Below, in pieces: positions 10,310 to 20,900 of a DNA stretch of 64,000 nt. This stretch comes from Verrucomicrobiota bacterium (GTDB taxonomy: Bacteria; Verrucomicrobiota; Verrucomicrobiia; Limisphaerales; AAA164-E04): NCBI GenBank assembly GCA_047947115.1, contig CP170459.1, positions 5,280,001 through 5,344,000 of the forward strand, given 5' to 3'. A program made the position numbers and the translations under genes. How positions within the stretch are numbered: the first letter of the stretch is position 1; each line of letters begins with the position of its first letter. The notes below the pieces were generated by a model that had not been told where the DNA came from, did no database searches, and saw nothing but the letters and a program-made list of their open reading frames with translations.

Positions 10310-10957
10310 ATGAAATCCATTTTATTATTCATTTTTTCATGCATTACAGTCTGCATAAACTGCCTTTCGCAGACTCAAGCTGAAATCGACGCCATCGATA
10401 AACGATACTTAAACTCGATAGAACTCCAACCGAAATGCATTAACATTTCTTTTAACTACCCGACTGGAGCGGCATCCCAAACAAACGCAATCCTTACAAG
10501 GTTCTATTTTCTAGAATATGGTTTGGATGGTTACGGCGATGAATACTCCTACTGGACCACAGAAAACCGGGGGCCTGCTATTGAATTAGTGTCAAGATTT
10601 GAAGCAGCAAACCGTTGGGTAACTGCAGAAATCCTGGTATTTGCTGCGGCTTACAAAACATGCGCATATAGTGCAGCTAGCTCCTATTGGGCTAACGCAA
10701 TATGGTGCCTTGCTGACGGAGTGCTCTCAGACCAAGAAGCACGTGACGAATGTGTCGCCAGGGAATGGGAAATCTACAACCAATCTATTGACCATTGCCT
10801 CGATACGTTCCTAAGCCGAGTGGTTAGGACTCAAAAAGGAGCCGTCGCTTCATACGATTCAGCTATCGAAGCATATGCTGGTTGTGATCTATTACCAGGT
10901 TTGCTTGATTTATGGGAAACCAACTTCTACGACCTTCCAAGAAAGGCTAACCAATGA
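10310..10957 (+). CDS. Orphan secreted Cys-patterned protein
   Basis: Signal-peptide-like N-terminus; AT-rich codon usage; CX14CX14CX14C motif. Confidence 0.65.
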   Translation: MKSILLFIFSCITVCINCLSQTQAEIDAIDKRYLNSIELQPKCINISFNYPTGAASQTNAILTRFYFLEYGLDGYGDEYSYWTTENRGPAIELVSRFEAANRWVTAEILVFAAAYKTCAYSAASSYWANAIWCLADGVLSDQEARDECVAREWEIYNQSIDHCLDTFLSRVVRTQKGAVASYDSAIEAYAGCDLLPGLLDLWETNFYDLPRKANQ

Positions 10958-11499
10958 TTCGATTTAGAAACATTTTTGCAATAGCAACTGTTTTTATGAT
11001 CGTCATATCCTATGGTATTTACACAAGAGTTAAGAATCTTGGCCGCCCGGATACATTCATTACGGTCCCCTCAACGCCAAACAATAAAAACGATAAAGAC
11101 ACTAAAACCGGGGCAACTCCCCTTACAACGGAATCGATCGTTTCTATAAGGGCAGAAGCACATTCAGCAACTGCAAGTCCCGCCGAAAAATGGCAACCCA
11201 AAGAACCACGTCACATAAATCAAGAAGCACAAGAAGCGTTTACCGTGTTCACACGCAACTTTACAGAAGAGGATTGGCTCGAACTTGAATCAGCGACGAA
11301 CGAACGCGTAAGTGATATATTTGACATGGCTGCTTCCGGTGAAGCTCTTGAAGCTTGGGATTCTCTACCTGATCATTTACAAATAAAGACACTAGAATCC
11401 ACAGCAGTTACCGTTGCAGCTGAGATGCAGGCTCAAAACACCTTTTCAAGTCCCATTGTGATTACAGCCCCAGCCACCGGAGATGTCATTGAATTCTGA
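10954..11499 (+). CDS. Orphan membrane-anchored protein
   Basis: N-terminal TM helix, Pro/Thr-rich linker, ATGA overlap with the upstream ORF. Confidence 0.6.
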   Translation: MIRFRNIFAIATVFMIVISYGIYTRVKNLGRPDTFITVPSTPNNKNDKDTKTGATPLTTESIVSIRAEAHSATASPAEKWQPKEPRHINQEAQEAFTVFTRNFTEEDWLELESATNERVSDIFDMAASGEALEAWDSLPDHLQIKTLESTAVTVAAEMQAQNTFSSPIVITAPATGDVIEF

Positions 11500-11639
11500 A
11501 CCTATGTGAGAATGGACAATATAAGCAACTCACCATCAAAACCTGTACCACTGAACAATGTGCAACCTCGATCTGCACGCCTTTTCAACGACTTTAGTTG
11601 AATTGTAAGAGCAGATATCCATCCAAAAGTTTATGCATC

Positions 11640-12728
11640 TCACTTTTGACTCTCAAGCCACTGCACTTGCCCCTGAGACACTTGCCAGCGAGTCAGTCGT
11701 CGCCCCAATTCGCGTGGCCAGTTTTCTTCGGTGCAGGTCATGAAGACCTGGCCTCGGGCGTGGTGGGCTCGTTCCAGGAGGGGGAGTAGTCCGCTGCGGC
11801 GTTCGCGGTCGAGTTCGCCCATGACGTCGTCGATCAGGAGGACGGGGGGATAGCCGACGATGCCGGTCAGGTATTCGGCCTGGGCCATTTTCAAAGCCAG
11901 GGCGAGGGTGCGTTTCTGGCCTTCGCTGCCGAATTGGGAAGCAAGGTTGTCGTTCAATTTCAGTGAGAGATCATCACGATGCGGGCCGATCAGGGTGGAA
12001 CGGTATTGGCGATCGCGATCCATGTTCTTCTTTAATTCTTCGGCAAAATCAGATTGAACCGTCGGTTTGTAAACCATCATGAGTTCTTCCGCATCGGCAG
12101 AAATCCGGCGGTAGGCCAATCGGGCCAGCGGGGACAGTTTGGGGATGAGCTGTCTGCGGGCATCGATCAGGGCCTGACCATATTTGACGAGCTCACGTGA
12201 AAAGGAGTCCAGCACGTTGAGGTCGGGACGGTATTGCTTGAGCAGGGCGTTGCGCGAGCGCAGTACTTTCGCGTACTGTTGCAAATACTGAAGGTAGGTC
12301 GGTTGTGTCTGCGCCAGCAGCAGATCCATGAATCGACGACGGATTCTGGGGGCTCCCTTGACCAGTTGCAGGTCTTCCGTGCAGAACACCACCGCACGCA
12401 GGGTTCCAAAAAAATCGGACAGACGCTTGACCGGGTCCTGGTTCAAGGTCAGTTTGCGTTCCCGCATGGACCAGTAATACTTGATGGTGTCGGACTGGGA
12501 ACCGATGATTTCGGCCCCCACGAAAAACCCCTTCTGTCCCTGCCGAATCATCTGAGCCGCCCCCACCCCACGAAAGGATCGGAGAGTGGCGAGCAGGTAA
12601 ATGGATTCGAGAATGTTGGTCTTGCCCTGAGCGTTCTTCCCCAGCAACAGGTGGAATCCCGGCTCGAACTTCATGTCCAATCGCCGGTAATTCCGAAAAT
12701 CTCTTAATCTTAATGTTGCCAGGTGCAT
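11640..12728 (-). CDS. recF: DNA replication and repair protein RecF
   Basis: FRNY, GKNAQGKTNILE Walker A, GPHRDDL, SEGQKR, LLIDDVMGELD. Confidence 0.96.
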   Translation of the reverse strand: MHLATLRLRDFRNYRRLDMKFEPGFHLLLGKNAQGKTNILESIYLLATLRSFRGVGAAQMIRQGQKGFFVGAEIIGSQSDTIKYYWSMRERKLTLNQDPVKRLSDFFGTLRAVVFCTEDLQLVKGAPRIRRRFMDLLLAQTQPTYLQYLQQYAKVLRSRNALLKQYRPDLNVLDSFSRELVKYGQALIDARRQLIPKLSPLARLAYRRISADAEELMMVYKPTVQSDFAEELKKNMDRDRQYRSTLIGPHRDDLSLKLNDNLASQFGSEGQKRTLALALKMAQAEYLTGIVGYPPVLLIDDVMGELDRERRSGLLPLLERAHHARGQVFMTCTEENWPRELGRRLTRWQVSQGQVQWLESQK

Positions 12729-12788
12729 GCCCGAAAAGCCTCAGGAGGCAGGACCAAGCATCCCGAATGTGGGAGGGTTTGTTCAATC

Positions 12789-15700
12789 CTATTTTTGTAT
12801 GTATGCAAACAGATCGGCGATCTGCTGAGCAGACAGGGTGTCTAGCAATCCCTCGGGCATGATGGAAACCGGTGAATGCACCCGCTCGGCGATGTCCGTT
12901 TCGGCAAGAACGGTCAGGTTGCCCGCGAGATCTTTGATACTAACTGATCCGCCTTCCATGGCCGTGATGAACCCGGTCAATAATGCACCTTCCGATTCGC
13001 CTGCTTTGGGACGCAGCGTCACCGTCACCAGTTCATATTCTTCACGCACCGCAAGGCTCGGATCAATGATGGCGGGGAGTAGAAACTCCAGATTACTGCG
13101 CTCATAACCGGTCAGTTCCGGCCCGATCTGTCGTCCTGCCCCATGCAACACATGGCAAAGTCCGCACACCTGTTGAAACAATTCCTTCCCGGCTTCCGGA
13201 TTCCCGGAATGCCCGCTCAAAATCTGACTCACCTCGCTGATGCGTTTGCTCTTATCCTCTTCGGGCTGCCTCAGGTTGCCCCAGATGGAACGAATGCTTT
13301 CCGACAACTCAGGATCTTTACGCTGCTGAAGAACCACCAGAACATCGAAAGGAAAATGTTCTTTCTTCAGCTTGCCTTCCCCAACATATGCCAACATTTT
13401 TCGAGCCCAATCGGTTCGACCGGACAGCACCGACTGGGCGGTCTGCCGAAGGTCGCCGCTCAATCGCGGCAGTGCTGCCAACAGCACACCAGGGATTTGT
13501 TCCTGATCGAATCGACGCAACCCGTTGAGCGCACTCAAGCGGATGGCATCCTCTGTTGAGGCACTCGTCACCAATTCCAGAAAAGCCGCTACCGAAGCCT
13601 CATCACCCAGTTCCGACAAACGAGCAATCATGGAAGCACGAACCTGTGCATCCGTTTGAGGATCGTTCACCATGTCACGAGCGGTTTCGAAAGCTGTTTT
13701 GCTTCCAATACGCAAACCAAAGCCCACCCAATCCGGATCGGAACCAAAGCGACCAGTCACCTGCTTGAGTGCGGCATCCAAGGAGGCGGGTAACACTTCC
13801 AGACGGGATCCCTGTAGTGCGAGTTCCATCCCCTTCAGCAGGGCCGACACCGCGTCCCGATCCGGAGAACGCGCGAGAAGTCTAGCGCAAATATCGAGGC
13901 TTTCGGGCTTTTGTTCAGCAGTCAATCGACGCCCGATCCGCTCAAGCAATGTGGTCCGAAGCAAGGCAAACTGCCAATCTTCAGCGCGATTCAACAGGTC
14001 GAGCACGCCCTCGGGTCGCTGCCGGATCTGGGCTTCCAAAGCCCACCAGACCTGCTGTGGAATATAGGCGTCAGCCGTCCACTCATTACGTTGATAGAGT
14101 GCCCGCACCAAGGGGTAACCCTGAGTTTCGGGCAATCGCTGGGCACTGGCCGCCAATTGGGAAATGACTTCCGGATGCTCATCGTTTCGGGCAAGATCCA
14201 ACATGGATTCATACACGGGCGCACTCAGTGTTTCACCTTGATCGGCCGCGAGTCGGGCTCCCCAGATGCGGACGTATGGATCGGGATGACGAAGGGCATT
14301 GACCGTGGTCAGTCCATCCCGTTCACCAAGCTGTTCCAAAGTCCAGAGAGCTTCCAGAGCCGCCTGGGATGATGCGTTGCTAAGCCTTTCCCGCAACAAA
14401 GGGACGACGGACTCTTCTTTACGCTGTTTCAACAATCGACGAGACGTTGCCCGCACCCATTGGTTGGAGTGTGATTGCAGGGCCACCAACTCGACACTGT
14501 CTGTTTTATTTAAATCCCAACGATACCCGGGCTTGTGCTCTGAATCGCGTAGGCGATAAATGCGGCCTCGTTCGCGGTCCCAGTTGTCTCGTGGATCCAC
14601 ATGGGTGATGCGTGCGTCGTACCAATCGGACAGGTAAATCGCGCCGTCAGGACCAATGGCCGTATGAACCGGGCGAAACCATTTGTCGTCCGTGTGAACA
14701 GGCTTCTCAATTTCAACCGTTTTAAAGGTGCTTCCATCACGGAAAATTTCCAATGCATGCACTTTGTTTCCAAGCGAGTTCCCTCCAACAAAATGCCCCT
14801 GCAAAGAAGGGATGGCCTCGCTTTCATACAGCACCCATTGATGAACGAGGCGCACTTTTTCTCCCTCGATGGGTAGCCCGAAAAAATGTCCATACGTGTA
14901 AGGATTGGTATGTGGGCCGTGTTTGCCAAAGGATTTTTGATAATAACCACCCTGCACGAAATAAACGGACTGAAGGTTTCCATTGGTGCCTGAATAAACC
15001 CTGCCCTTGCTGTCGAAATCCACGCCAAAGGTATTCCACCCCCCCTCGGCAAACAGTTCAAACCGACGATCACCCGGCTGATAACGCCAGATGTTTTGAC
15101 CGAAGAATGTGTGCACCTCTTTGGAACCGCTGAGCTCGGCTTTGATCCGGGCGGTTACCGTACTGCCGGTGGCGCCATAAAGCCAGCCGTCTGGGCCCCA
15201 TTTCAAACTGTTGGAAATCGAGTGCGTGTCCTCCAACCCGAAACCCGAAAGATGCACCTCGGGCGGGCCGTCGGGTTTGTCGTCATGATTGCGATCCGGA
15301 TAAAACAAAAGATAAGGGGGATGCATCACCCAAACTCCATCCTTATCGAAGGCCAGTGAGGTGCACATGTTCAGGCCATCCAGGAAGGTTTTGTGAGTAT
15401 CAAACTCGCCGTCCCCATCGGTGTCCTCGTGGATGGTGATTTTGTCCGCGCCAATAAATTTCTGATGCTCCGGTTTTGTAAAAGGAGGCGGTGGCGGAAC
15501 CGCGTCGAACACTTTGCGCAGGTGATTGTCCCAGGTCAGCACCTCCAGTCCGGCGGGATTCGGATATTGAATATACTGAACCACCCACAAACGGCCGCGC
15601 TCGTCGAAATCAACAAACAACGGCTGCCGAACTTCGGGCTCGGTCAATACCGTATCGATAACCAGACCATCGGAAAGCTTCAACGCCTCACGCGCTTGCT

Positions 15701-17246
15701 CCGGTGGCAGAGGGGCTCCTTTGTCAGCGGTCAATGCATAGGGATTGGTGTTCCCCTTGTAACGATCATATACCTCCTGGATACGCCGCTGCCTTCCCCC
15801 AATATCAGCGGGCACCACTCCCCGATAGCTGGCAAAACCTGGACCGGTCAGAGCTCGAAAGGCTTCAACATCATTCAAAGCTGCTTCGCTTCCGAAGGCG
15901 TGATCCCATTGGGCCCATGACGGAGCATCACCGGCACGAAACATCCAGACACCTTGTAAATCAATGGCATCATCCCGTCGGCTGAGATGGATGGGGCCTT
16001 TCAGTATCCCCCCCTGCCCTCCTTTGTCGTAAACGCGCCAGGCAATCAGGTTTTCCTCACCGAAACGAACCCAATCCGGATCTATCACAAACGGCCTTCG
16101 GATACTGCTCGAGGGATCGCCATACAAGGGGGGCATGGAACCGTTGGCACCGATTTTGGTTCCGTTGAAGAATCCTTCATCCACGTTCTCCACTTGATCC
16201 GCCACCAACAGCAAGCGACTGCCTTTCCATTCCTCGGGAACATGCACATAAGCCCGATACCATGCAAAGCCATCATGGTCCTTAAACGCCCCGCTCGGAT
16301 GCGATTCCCAATCTCCGGGAACCGGCATAGGCACCCATCCATTCATGGACGCTGAGGGATCATATTCTTCGGTCATGCCTTCGTGCAGCAAGGCATTGGG
16401 AACCTCCCGCTCAGCAGCCCAATAGACGGCGTTCAACAACAAACGACGAAACGGCTGGATCTTAAAATCTCGGGGATTGCCAAGGGACGTATAAAACACA
16501 CGACCACCCCAGGAAGACGCATGTGTCCATGCAACAGGTTCTTCCACTCCCTTCCCTGCAATGATGCCATTCATGAGGATCGATGCGCGTGGCGACATGG
16601 ATCGGTTTTTATAAAGATGCGATGTCGAAATGAATGAAACCCGATCGATCCCCTTTAAGACCGGATGGCTTTTTTTGTCGTCGACCAACTGTATTTCGGA
16701 AGGCGGATCCAAGGGCGATTTGTTGCTGTAATGCCCCTGATAATGTCCTCCCAGAATGTCCCGGTCGAAGGTCTCCCAACGTCGATGGTCCGCATCGGGC
16801 GGTTCGCGGTCAAAAGCATGGCTCGCTGTGCGAATCCCCACCACCGCGCCTCCGCGCTGAATGAACTGCCGGATGGCGTCCATTTGATCGGCAGGCGGGG
16901 TTCGGCGACGCACACTGATCAGCAGCACGTCGGCATATTTCAAATCATCCAAGCCACCAAATTGATTCGAATCCTGTTCGGAAACATGCGCAAAGGTGCA
17001 AACCACTCCTCTGGGAACCAATTCCTGTTGAACGAACCGAGGCAACGTTCGCGCAGTCTCGTACTCTTGTTCACCGATCATGAACACCACATGCAGTCGA
17101 TTATCAGCATGTGAGGTAAAGGGAACAAGAGACAGGAAGGTGATCAGGCACCCGATCCAATACCGGGAGTACTGTCGCAGACAAACCGTCCGTAACCGGA
17201 GGAAAACATTCTCTATTCGCATATCGCAAAACTGGTTTGGGGTCAC
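12789..17246 (-). CDS. PVC-type haem-binding CxxCH multidomain protein (ThuA-like + sugar-binding jelly roll + propeller dehydrogenase + HEAT + cytochrome c)
   Basis: GGRVFYTSLG (ThuA-like), GFAWYR (GH2-type jelly roll), WGPDGWLY and FRPV..GPDGAIY propeller motifs, CGLCH, SIMPEGL. Start codon uncertain. Confidence 0.85.
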   Translation of the reverse strand: MTPNQFCDMRIENVFLRLRTVCLRQYSRYWIGCLITFLSLVPFTSHADNRLHVVFMIGEQEYETARTLPRFVQQELVPRGVVCTFAHVSEQDSNQFGGLDDLKYADVLLISVRRRTPPADQMDAIRQFIQRGGAVVGIRTASHAFDREPPDADHRRWETFDRDILGGHYQGHYSNKSPLDPPSEIQLVDDKKSHPVLKGIDRVSFISTSHLYKNRSMSPRASILMNGIIAGKGVEEPVAWTHASSWGGRVFYTSLGNPRDFKIQPFRRLLLNAVYWAAEREVPNALLHEGMTEEYDPSASMNGWVPMPVPGDWESHPSGAFKDHDGFAWYRAYVHVPEEWKGSRLLLVADQVENVDEGFFNGTKIGANGSMPPLYGDPSSSIRRPFVIDPDWVRFGEENLIAWRVYDKGGQGGILKGPIHLSRRDDAIDLQGVWMFRAGDAPSWAQWDHAFGSEAALNDVEAFRALTGPGFASYRGVVPADIGGRQRRIQEVYDRYKGNTNPYALTADKGAPLPPEQAREALKLSDGLVIDTVLTEPEVRQPLFVDFDERGRLWVVQYIQYPNPAGLEVLTWDNHLRKVFDAVPPPPPFTKPEHQKFIGADKITIHEDTDGDGEFDTHKTFLDGLNMCTSLAFDKDGVWVMHPPYLLFYPDRNHDDKPDGPPEVHLSGFGLEDTHSISNSLKWGPDGWLYGATGSTVTARIKAELSGSKEVHTFFGQNIWRYQPGDRRFELFAEGGWNTFGVDFDSKGRVYSGTNGNLQSVYFVQGGYYQKSFGKHGPHTNPYTYGHFFGLPIEGEKVRLVHQWVLYESEAIPSLQGHFVGGNSLGNKVHALEIFRDGSTFKTVEIEKPVHTDDKWFRPVHTAIGPDGAIYLSDWYDARITHVDPRDNWDRERGRIYRLRDSEHKPGYRWDLNKTDSVELVALQSHSNQWVRATSRRLLKQRKEESVVPLLRERLSNASSQAALEALWTLEQLGERDGLTTVNALRHPDPYVRIWGARLAADQGETLSAPVYESMLDLARNDEHPEVISQLAASAQRLPETQGYPLVRALYQRNEWTADAYIPQQVWWALEAQIRQRPEGVLDLLNRAEDWQFALLRTTLLERIGRRLTAEQKPESLDICARLLARSPDRDAVSALLKGMELALQGSRLEVLPASLDAALKQVTGRFGSDPDWVGFGLRIGSKTAFETARDMVNDPQTDAQVRASMIARLSELGDEASVAAFLELVTSASTEDAIRLSALNGLRRFDQEQIPGVLLAALPRLSGDLRQTAQSVLSGRTDWARKMLAYVGEGKLKKEHFPFDVLVVLQQRKDPELSESIRSIWGNLRQPEEDKSKRISEVSQILSGHSGNPEAGKELFQQVCGLCHVLHGAGRQIGPELTGYERSNLEFLLPAIIDPSLAVREEYELVTVTLRPKAGESEGALLTGFITAMEGGSVSIKDLAGNLTVLAETDIAERVHSPVSIMPEGLLDTLSAQQIADLFAYIQK

Positions 17247-17305
17247 GCGAAGAGCTTACGATATGGGACGGGATATCCAATTTATTTTTTTGGACAGGAT
17301 GAGGC

Positions 17306-17550
17306 GGTAGGGATCCCGATATGATCGGGACTGTGCGTCCGGTGGCGTGTCCGAATAGCGCAACAGGTATTCCTACTCTTACAGCGCGCTCGCGGACCCG
17401 CGGCAGCGGGTCCCTACCAATCAAGGCGCGTTGCGCCGGTAGGGATCCCGATATGATCGGGACTGCGCGTCCGGGGGCGTGTCCGAATAGCGCAACAGGT
17501 ATTCCTAGACATCCAGCGCGCTCGCGGACCCGCGGCAGCGGGTCCCTACC
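17306..17550. repeat. Tandem pair of 113-bp REP-doublet units
   Basis: Units at 17306-17418 and 17438-17550, each bounded by GGTAGGGA...TCCCTACC, with internal hairpins TCCCGAT-ATG-ATCGGGA and GGACCCGCGGCAGCGGGTCC. Confidence 0.9.
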
Positions 17551-17554
17551 TGGG

Positions 17555-17932
17555 TTATTCTTCTTGATTGGGATGTGGTGGGAGGATTTCGCGGGCTTTT
17601 TCTTTTTGTTCTTCGGTGAGTTGACGGAAGACGATGTCGCGGTTTTTGGCGGCTTTGCGGTCGTTTTGCGCGGCGGCCCGGTAGAACCAGACGTAGGCCC
17701 ACAATTTATCTTCATCAACACCGTCTCCGGAATAGTAACGCGCTCCAAGATTATTTTGCGCTAGAGGATGCCCCTGATCGGCTGCTTTGACCAGCCATTC
17801 CAGCGCCTCGTCATCGTCGAGCTCCAGTCCCATCCCGATCGCATGACGCCATCCCAGTTCGTACTGGGCGTCCCGATCCCCCTCCTCCGCTTTGGTGCGG
17901 ATGGCTTCTATTTGTTCTTCGCTCAGTTCCAT
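17555..17932 (-). CDS. Sel1-repeat protein
   Basis: AEEGDRDAQYELG, AADQGHPLAQNNLGARYYSGDGV, AYVWFYRAA. Confidence 0.9.
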   Translation of the reverse strand: MELSEEQIEAIRTKAEEGDRDAQYELGWRHAIGMGLELDDDEALEWLVKAADQGHPLAQNNLGARYYSGDGVDEDKLWAYVWFYRAAAQNDRKAAKNRDIVFRQLTEEQKEKAREILPPHPNQEE

Positions 17933-17965
17933 GCTGAATAGATAGAATAATTTCGTGCGACTCGA

Positions 17966-20900
17966 TTACGGACGGCTGTTTCGTTTTTGACGCAAGGTCA
18001 TCTCCCCGACCCAACGGGTGTTGTAGGCATCCATCCACTCAGTGTTCAAATCTTTCGGATACGGTTGACGACCGTATTGTTGATCATCCATACCATGCCA
18101 AGGCATGGGGCCCACGGTCCAACCCTTGGCCACATGAAAATCAGCATCCTTGTCCCAACCGGACGAGAAGAAGTAGAAGTCCCGTTCCAGTCCGGTTTCC
18201 TTTTGCGGAATCTGGTTGGCTGCAAATTTCAGGGTCAATTCATCGCCACCGTTCAACAGAGCGAGAGCATTGTCTTTTGAATCAATCAAAGGCGACACAT
18301 CGCCATAACGCGTGCACCATCCTGAAGGAGTGATCAACCAGCTAGGCGCAAAATCCACTTTGGCGTAATCAGGTGTCAATGGTTTCCCCCAGACGCGTTC
18401 CTCGTATGCGCTGAACCCACGCCAATGCAGGTCGGTCTCGGTGGGTGTCATCAGATGAACATGGGTATTCGCCTCACCGACCGCTTGCATGAGTTGAATA
18501 CGATCCCAATGAATCTCAAATGCCATGGAAAGTTGCAACCGAAGAGGACCGGATGGAAGTTTCCCGGCCAGATCCACGACGATGGTTTTGGTTTTGCCCG
18601 CAGGCGCGCCCACGGTGACGTCCAGTGGTCGCCACTCTCCGGAAACATCCTGAATTTTCAAGGTTGGAAAAGGAAATGGCAAATCTGAATGATGGGACGC
18701 GCCAATATTGGCCATGCCTCCGCCGAAGTGCAACCATCCGGTCATGACCAGCGCCCAGGGTTGATCCCCGTCGATTTCGCCGAAATCCAGATCAATGGCA
18801 TAAGGTTCGGCCCACCCCCGCAATTGAGGCGCCTGCAACGCCACAGGGGAAGCCCTGTGCCGGTCGATCGCCTGAAGCGCTTCAGTGAGGTCTTCGCCAT
18901 CATTACGAGTGGCAGATATCACTGAACGTACATGACCATAGGTGTGCAGTTCGTGTTGAGGAAAGGGTGGACCAGGAACCAGTTTGCCGGTGGTGTGCAC
19001 CTCTGTTCCGGCAGGGTGATCGACGGCAGCCAGCTTGGCTTCGTCCAGATACAGCACTTCACGCAGTTCTTCGGTCAGTTGCAGGACATGATGTCCTTCT
19101 TTTGAGGGAAACGTTTGTTCATCGCCCAGCCAAACCCATTCATCCGTATCCGCAGGAATGTATACATTTTCAGCAACCGGCAATCCAAGAGGAGCCGCTC
19201 CGAGCAAATCGGTGACAAAACGATAACGCTCACCATCCCATGCATAGAGATAGGGACAGGAGCCGGTCGGCATTTCCAGTTCGAACAAAACCAGACTGGA
19301 GCAGGAATCGATCTCGTAATCCACCTGAGTGATGGTATCCGACCAGTGCGGATCGATGGAGTCCACCTTGGTGCGTTTGCCGAGTCCGATTTCGAAGGGC
19401 AGTTCGTGCAGAGTCCGGGCCAAGCGCAGACCACCCGCTGTCAGCTCGACTTTAACCCCGAGACCGCTGGGATTGGATCGACTGCCTTCCATACGGATCT
19501 TCATCATGGTATTGGCATTCCCTCCTTGATTTCGGAGAATACGGATGGATTGGTCAGCCAAAGTAACCAGCAGATCGGAATCACAATCACCATCGAAGTC
19601 ACCTTTGGAAATGGATTGAATGTCACCAAGATTGAGCTCGGTCAACCCGATCGCAGTGGTCGATTCGGCAAAACCTTCGAGACCACGGTTGCGCCACATT
19701 CTGAACACCCCGCCCCCATAAATGGACACATCCAACCAACCATCGTTATCATAATCCAACAACTTCACCGCTGATGGAGCGGCATCCAAAGCGATGGAAA
19801 CCGGTTTTTCATCGCCCTGCAATCGGATCTGAAGACCTTCAGCGGTAAGAAAGACCACATCCATTCGGAGATCGTTGTTCAAATCCCCCACGGCCAGGGT
19901 CCGTGCCTGAGGCCAATCGGAACTGGCCTCGGCCAGTTTCATCGGAGCGCCCCGTTGTTTAAGATACAGCTGACTAGCCTGGTTTTCGAAGGTCACCAAC
20001 AGGTCGGCCAGATCATTTCCGTCCCAATCCTCCAACACGAAATCGCTCACCCCGGACAATTCGGTGGGAAGGTTGGTATGGGTGGTTTCGAGGTTGAATG
20101 AAAAGGTTCCCATATTCCGGTGGAACAAAAGGGATTTGTTGGTGGAACCGATGGCAATCAGATCCAGTTTCCCGGTCACATCAAAATCAGTCAGACGCCC
20201 TTTCACCGCGTGCAAAGGAGACAGGCGCGAGAACATGGAGGAATCGGACAGCATACCATTGGGAGAAACCTGGAACACCTGAGCACCTTTGTCGGAAAGC
20301 AAAATGGCGTCCTCCTGTTGCCCGGTGCGCATCGATCCCTGGTGTTGAAGGTCTCCGACCAGGCATTGGCTGTAGTTCGCATCGGGCAGGAGCGGCACGG
20401 GAAAACCGGCTGGTTGAAACACACCTTCCTTTTGGACCAGCAACTTGAATCCCTGGTCTTTTTCACGCACCAACAGATCAAGTTGATCATCATGTTCGAT
20501 GTCCAACACACCGACCGGCCCGAGCAAACTGCCGGCCTGTTCGCCAAGAAGATCGTTTGTGGCATCCTCAAAGCGAACAGCGATTCCTTCGGCATCGGGT
20601 TGTTCCAACTGGAACGGCGCAATGGCTTCGGTGTAGATACATTTTTCGGTGACTGATGGATCGGCGCTCAGCGGGTTGTTGGCCACCACTTCCTGGTGTT
20701 TCTCCATCATTTTTTCGGCATCTTCCTGCCGTTGCATGCGGATGTAGGTCTGACTCAGGTTGTAATAAGCGGAGGGATGTTCCGGATCAAACTGCACCAC
20801 TTCTGCAAACTGCTGAGCCGCCTGTTCCCACTGCCCCAGCCCCTGATGAGCGCGGCCGAGCTGGTAGCTGACGGCATTGATGGTCTGGTCGATTTGTTTG

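Noticed and set aside
11640..12728. recF as a marker of the replication origin
   Set aside because: There is no dnaA, dnaN or gyrB nearby, and no DnaA-box cluster was recognised in the adjacent AT-rich DNA.
17104..17764. ORFs 17104..17748 (-) and 17321..17764 (+) with repeated peptides
   Set aside because: They are translations of the REP tandem and overlap the Sel1 and PVC genes.
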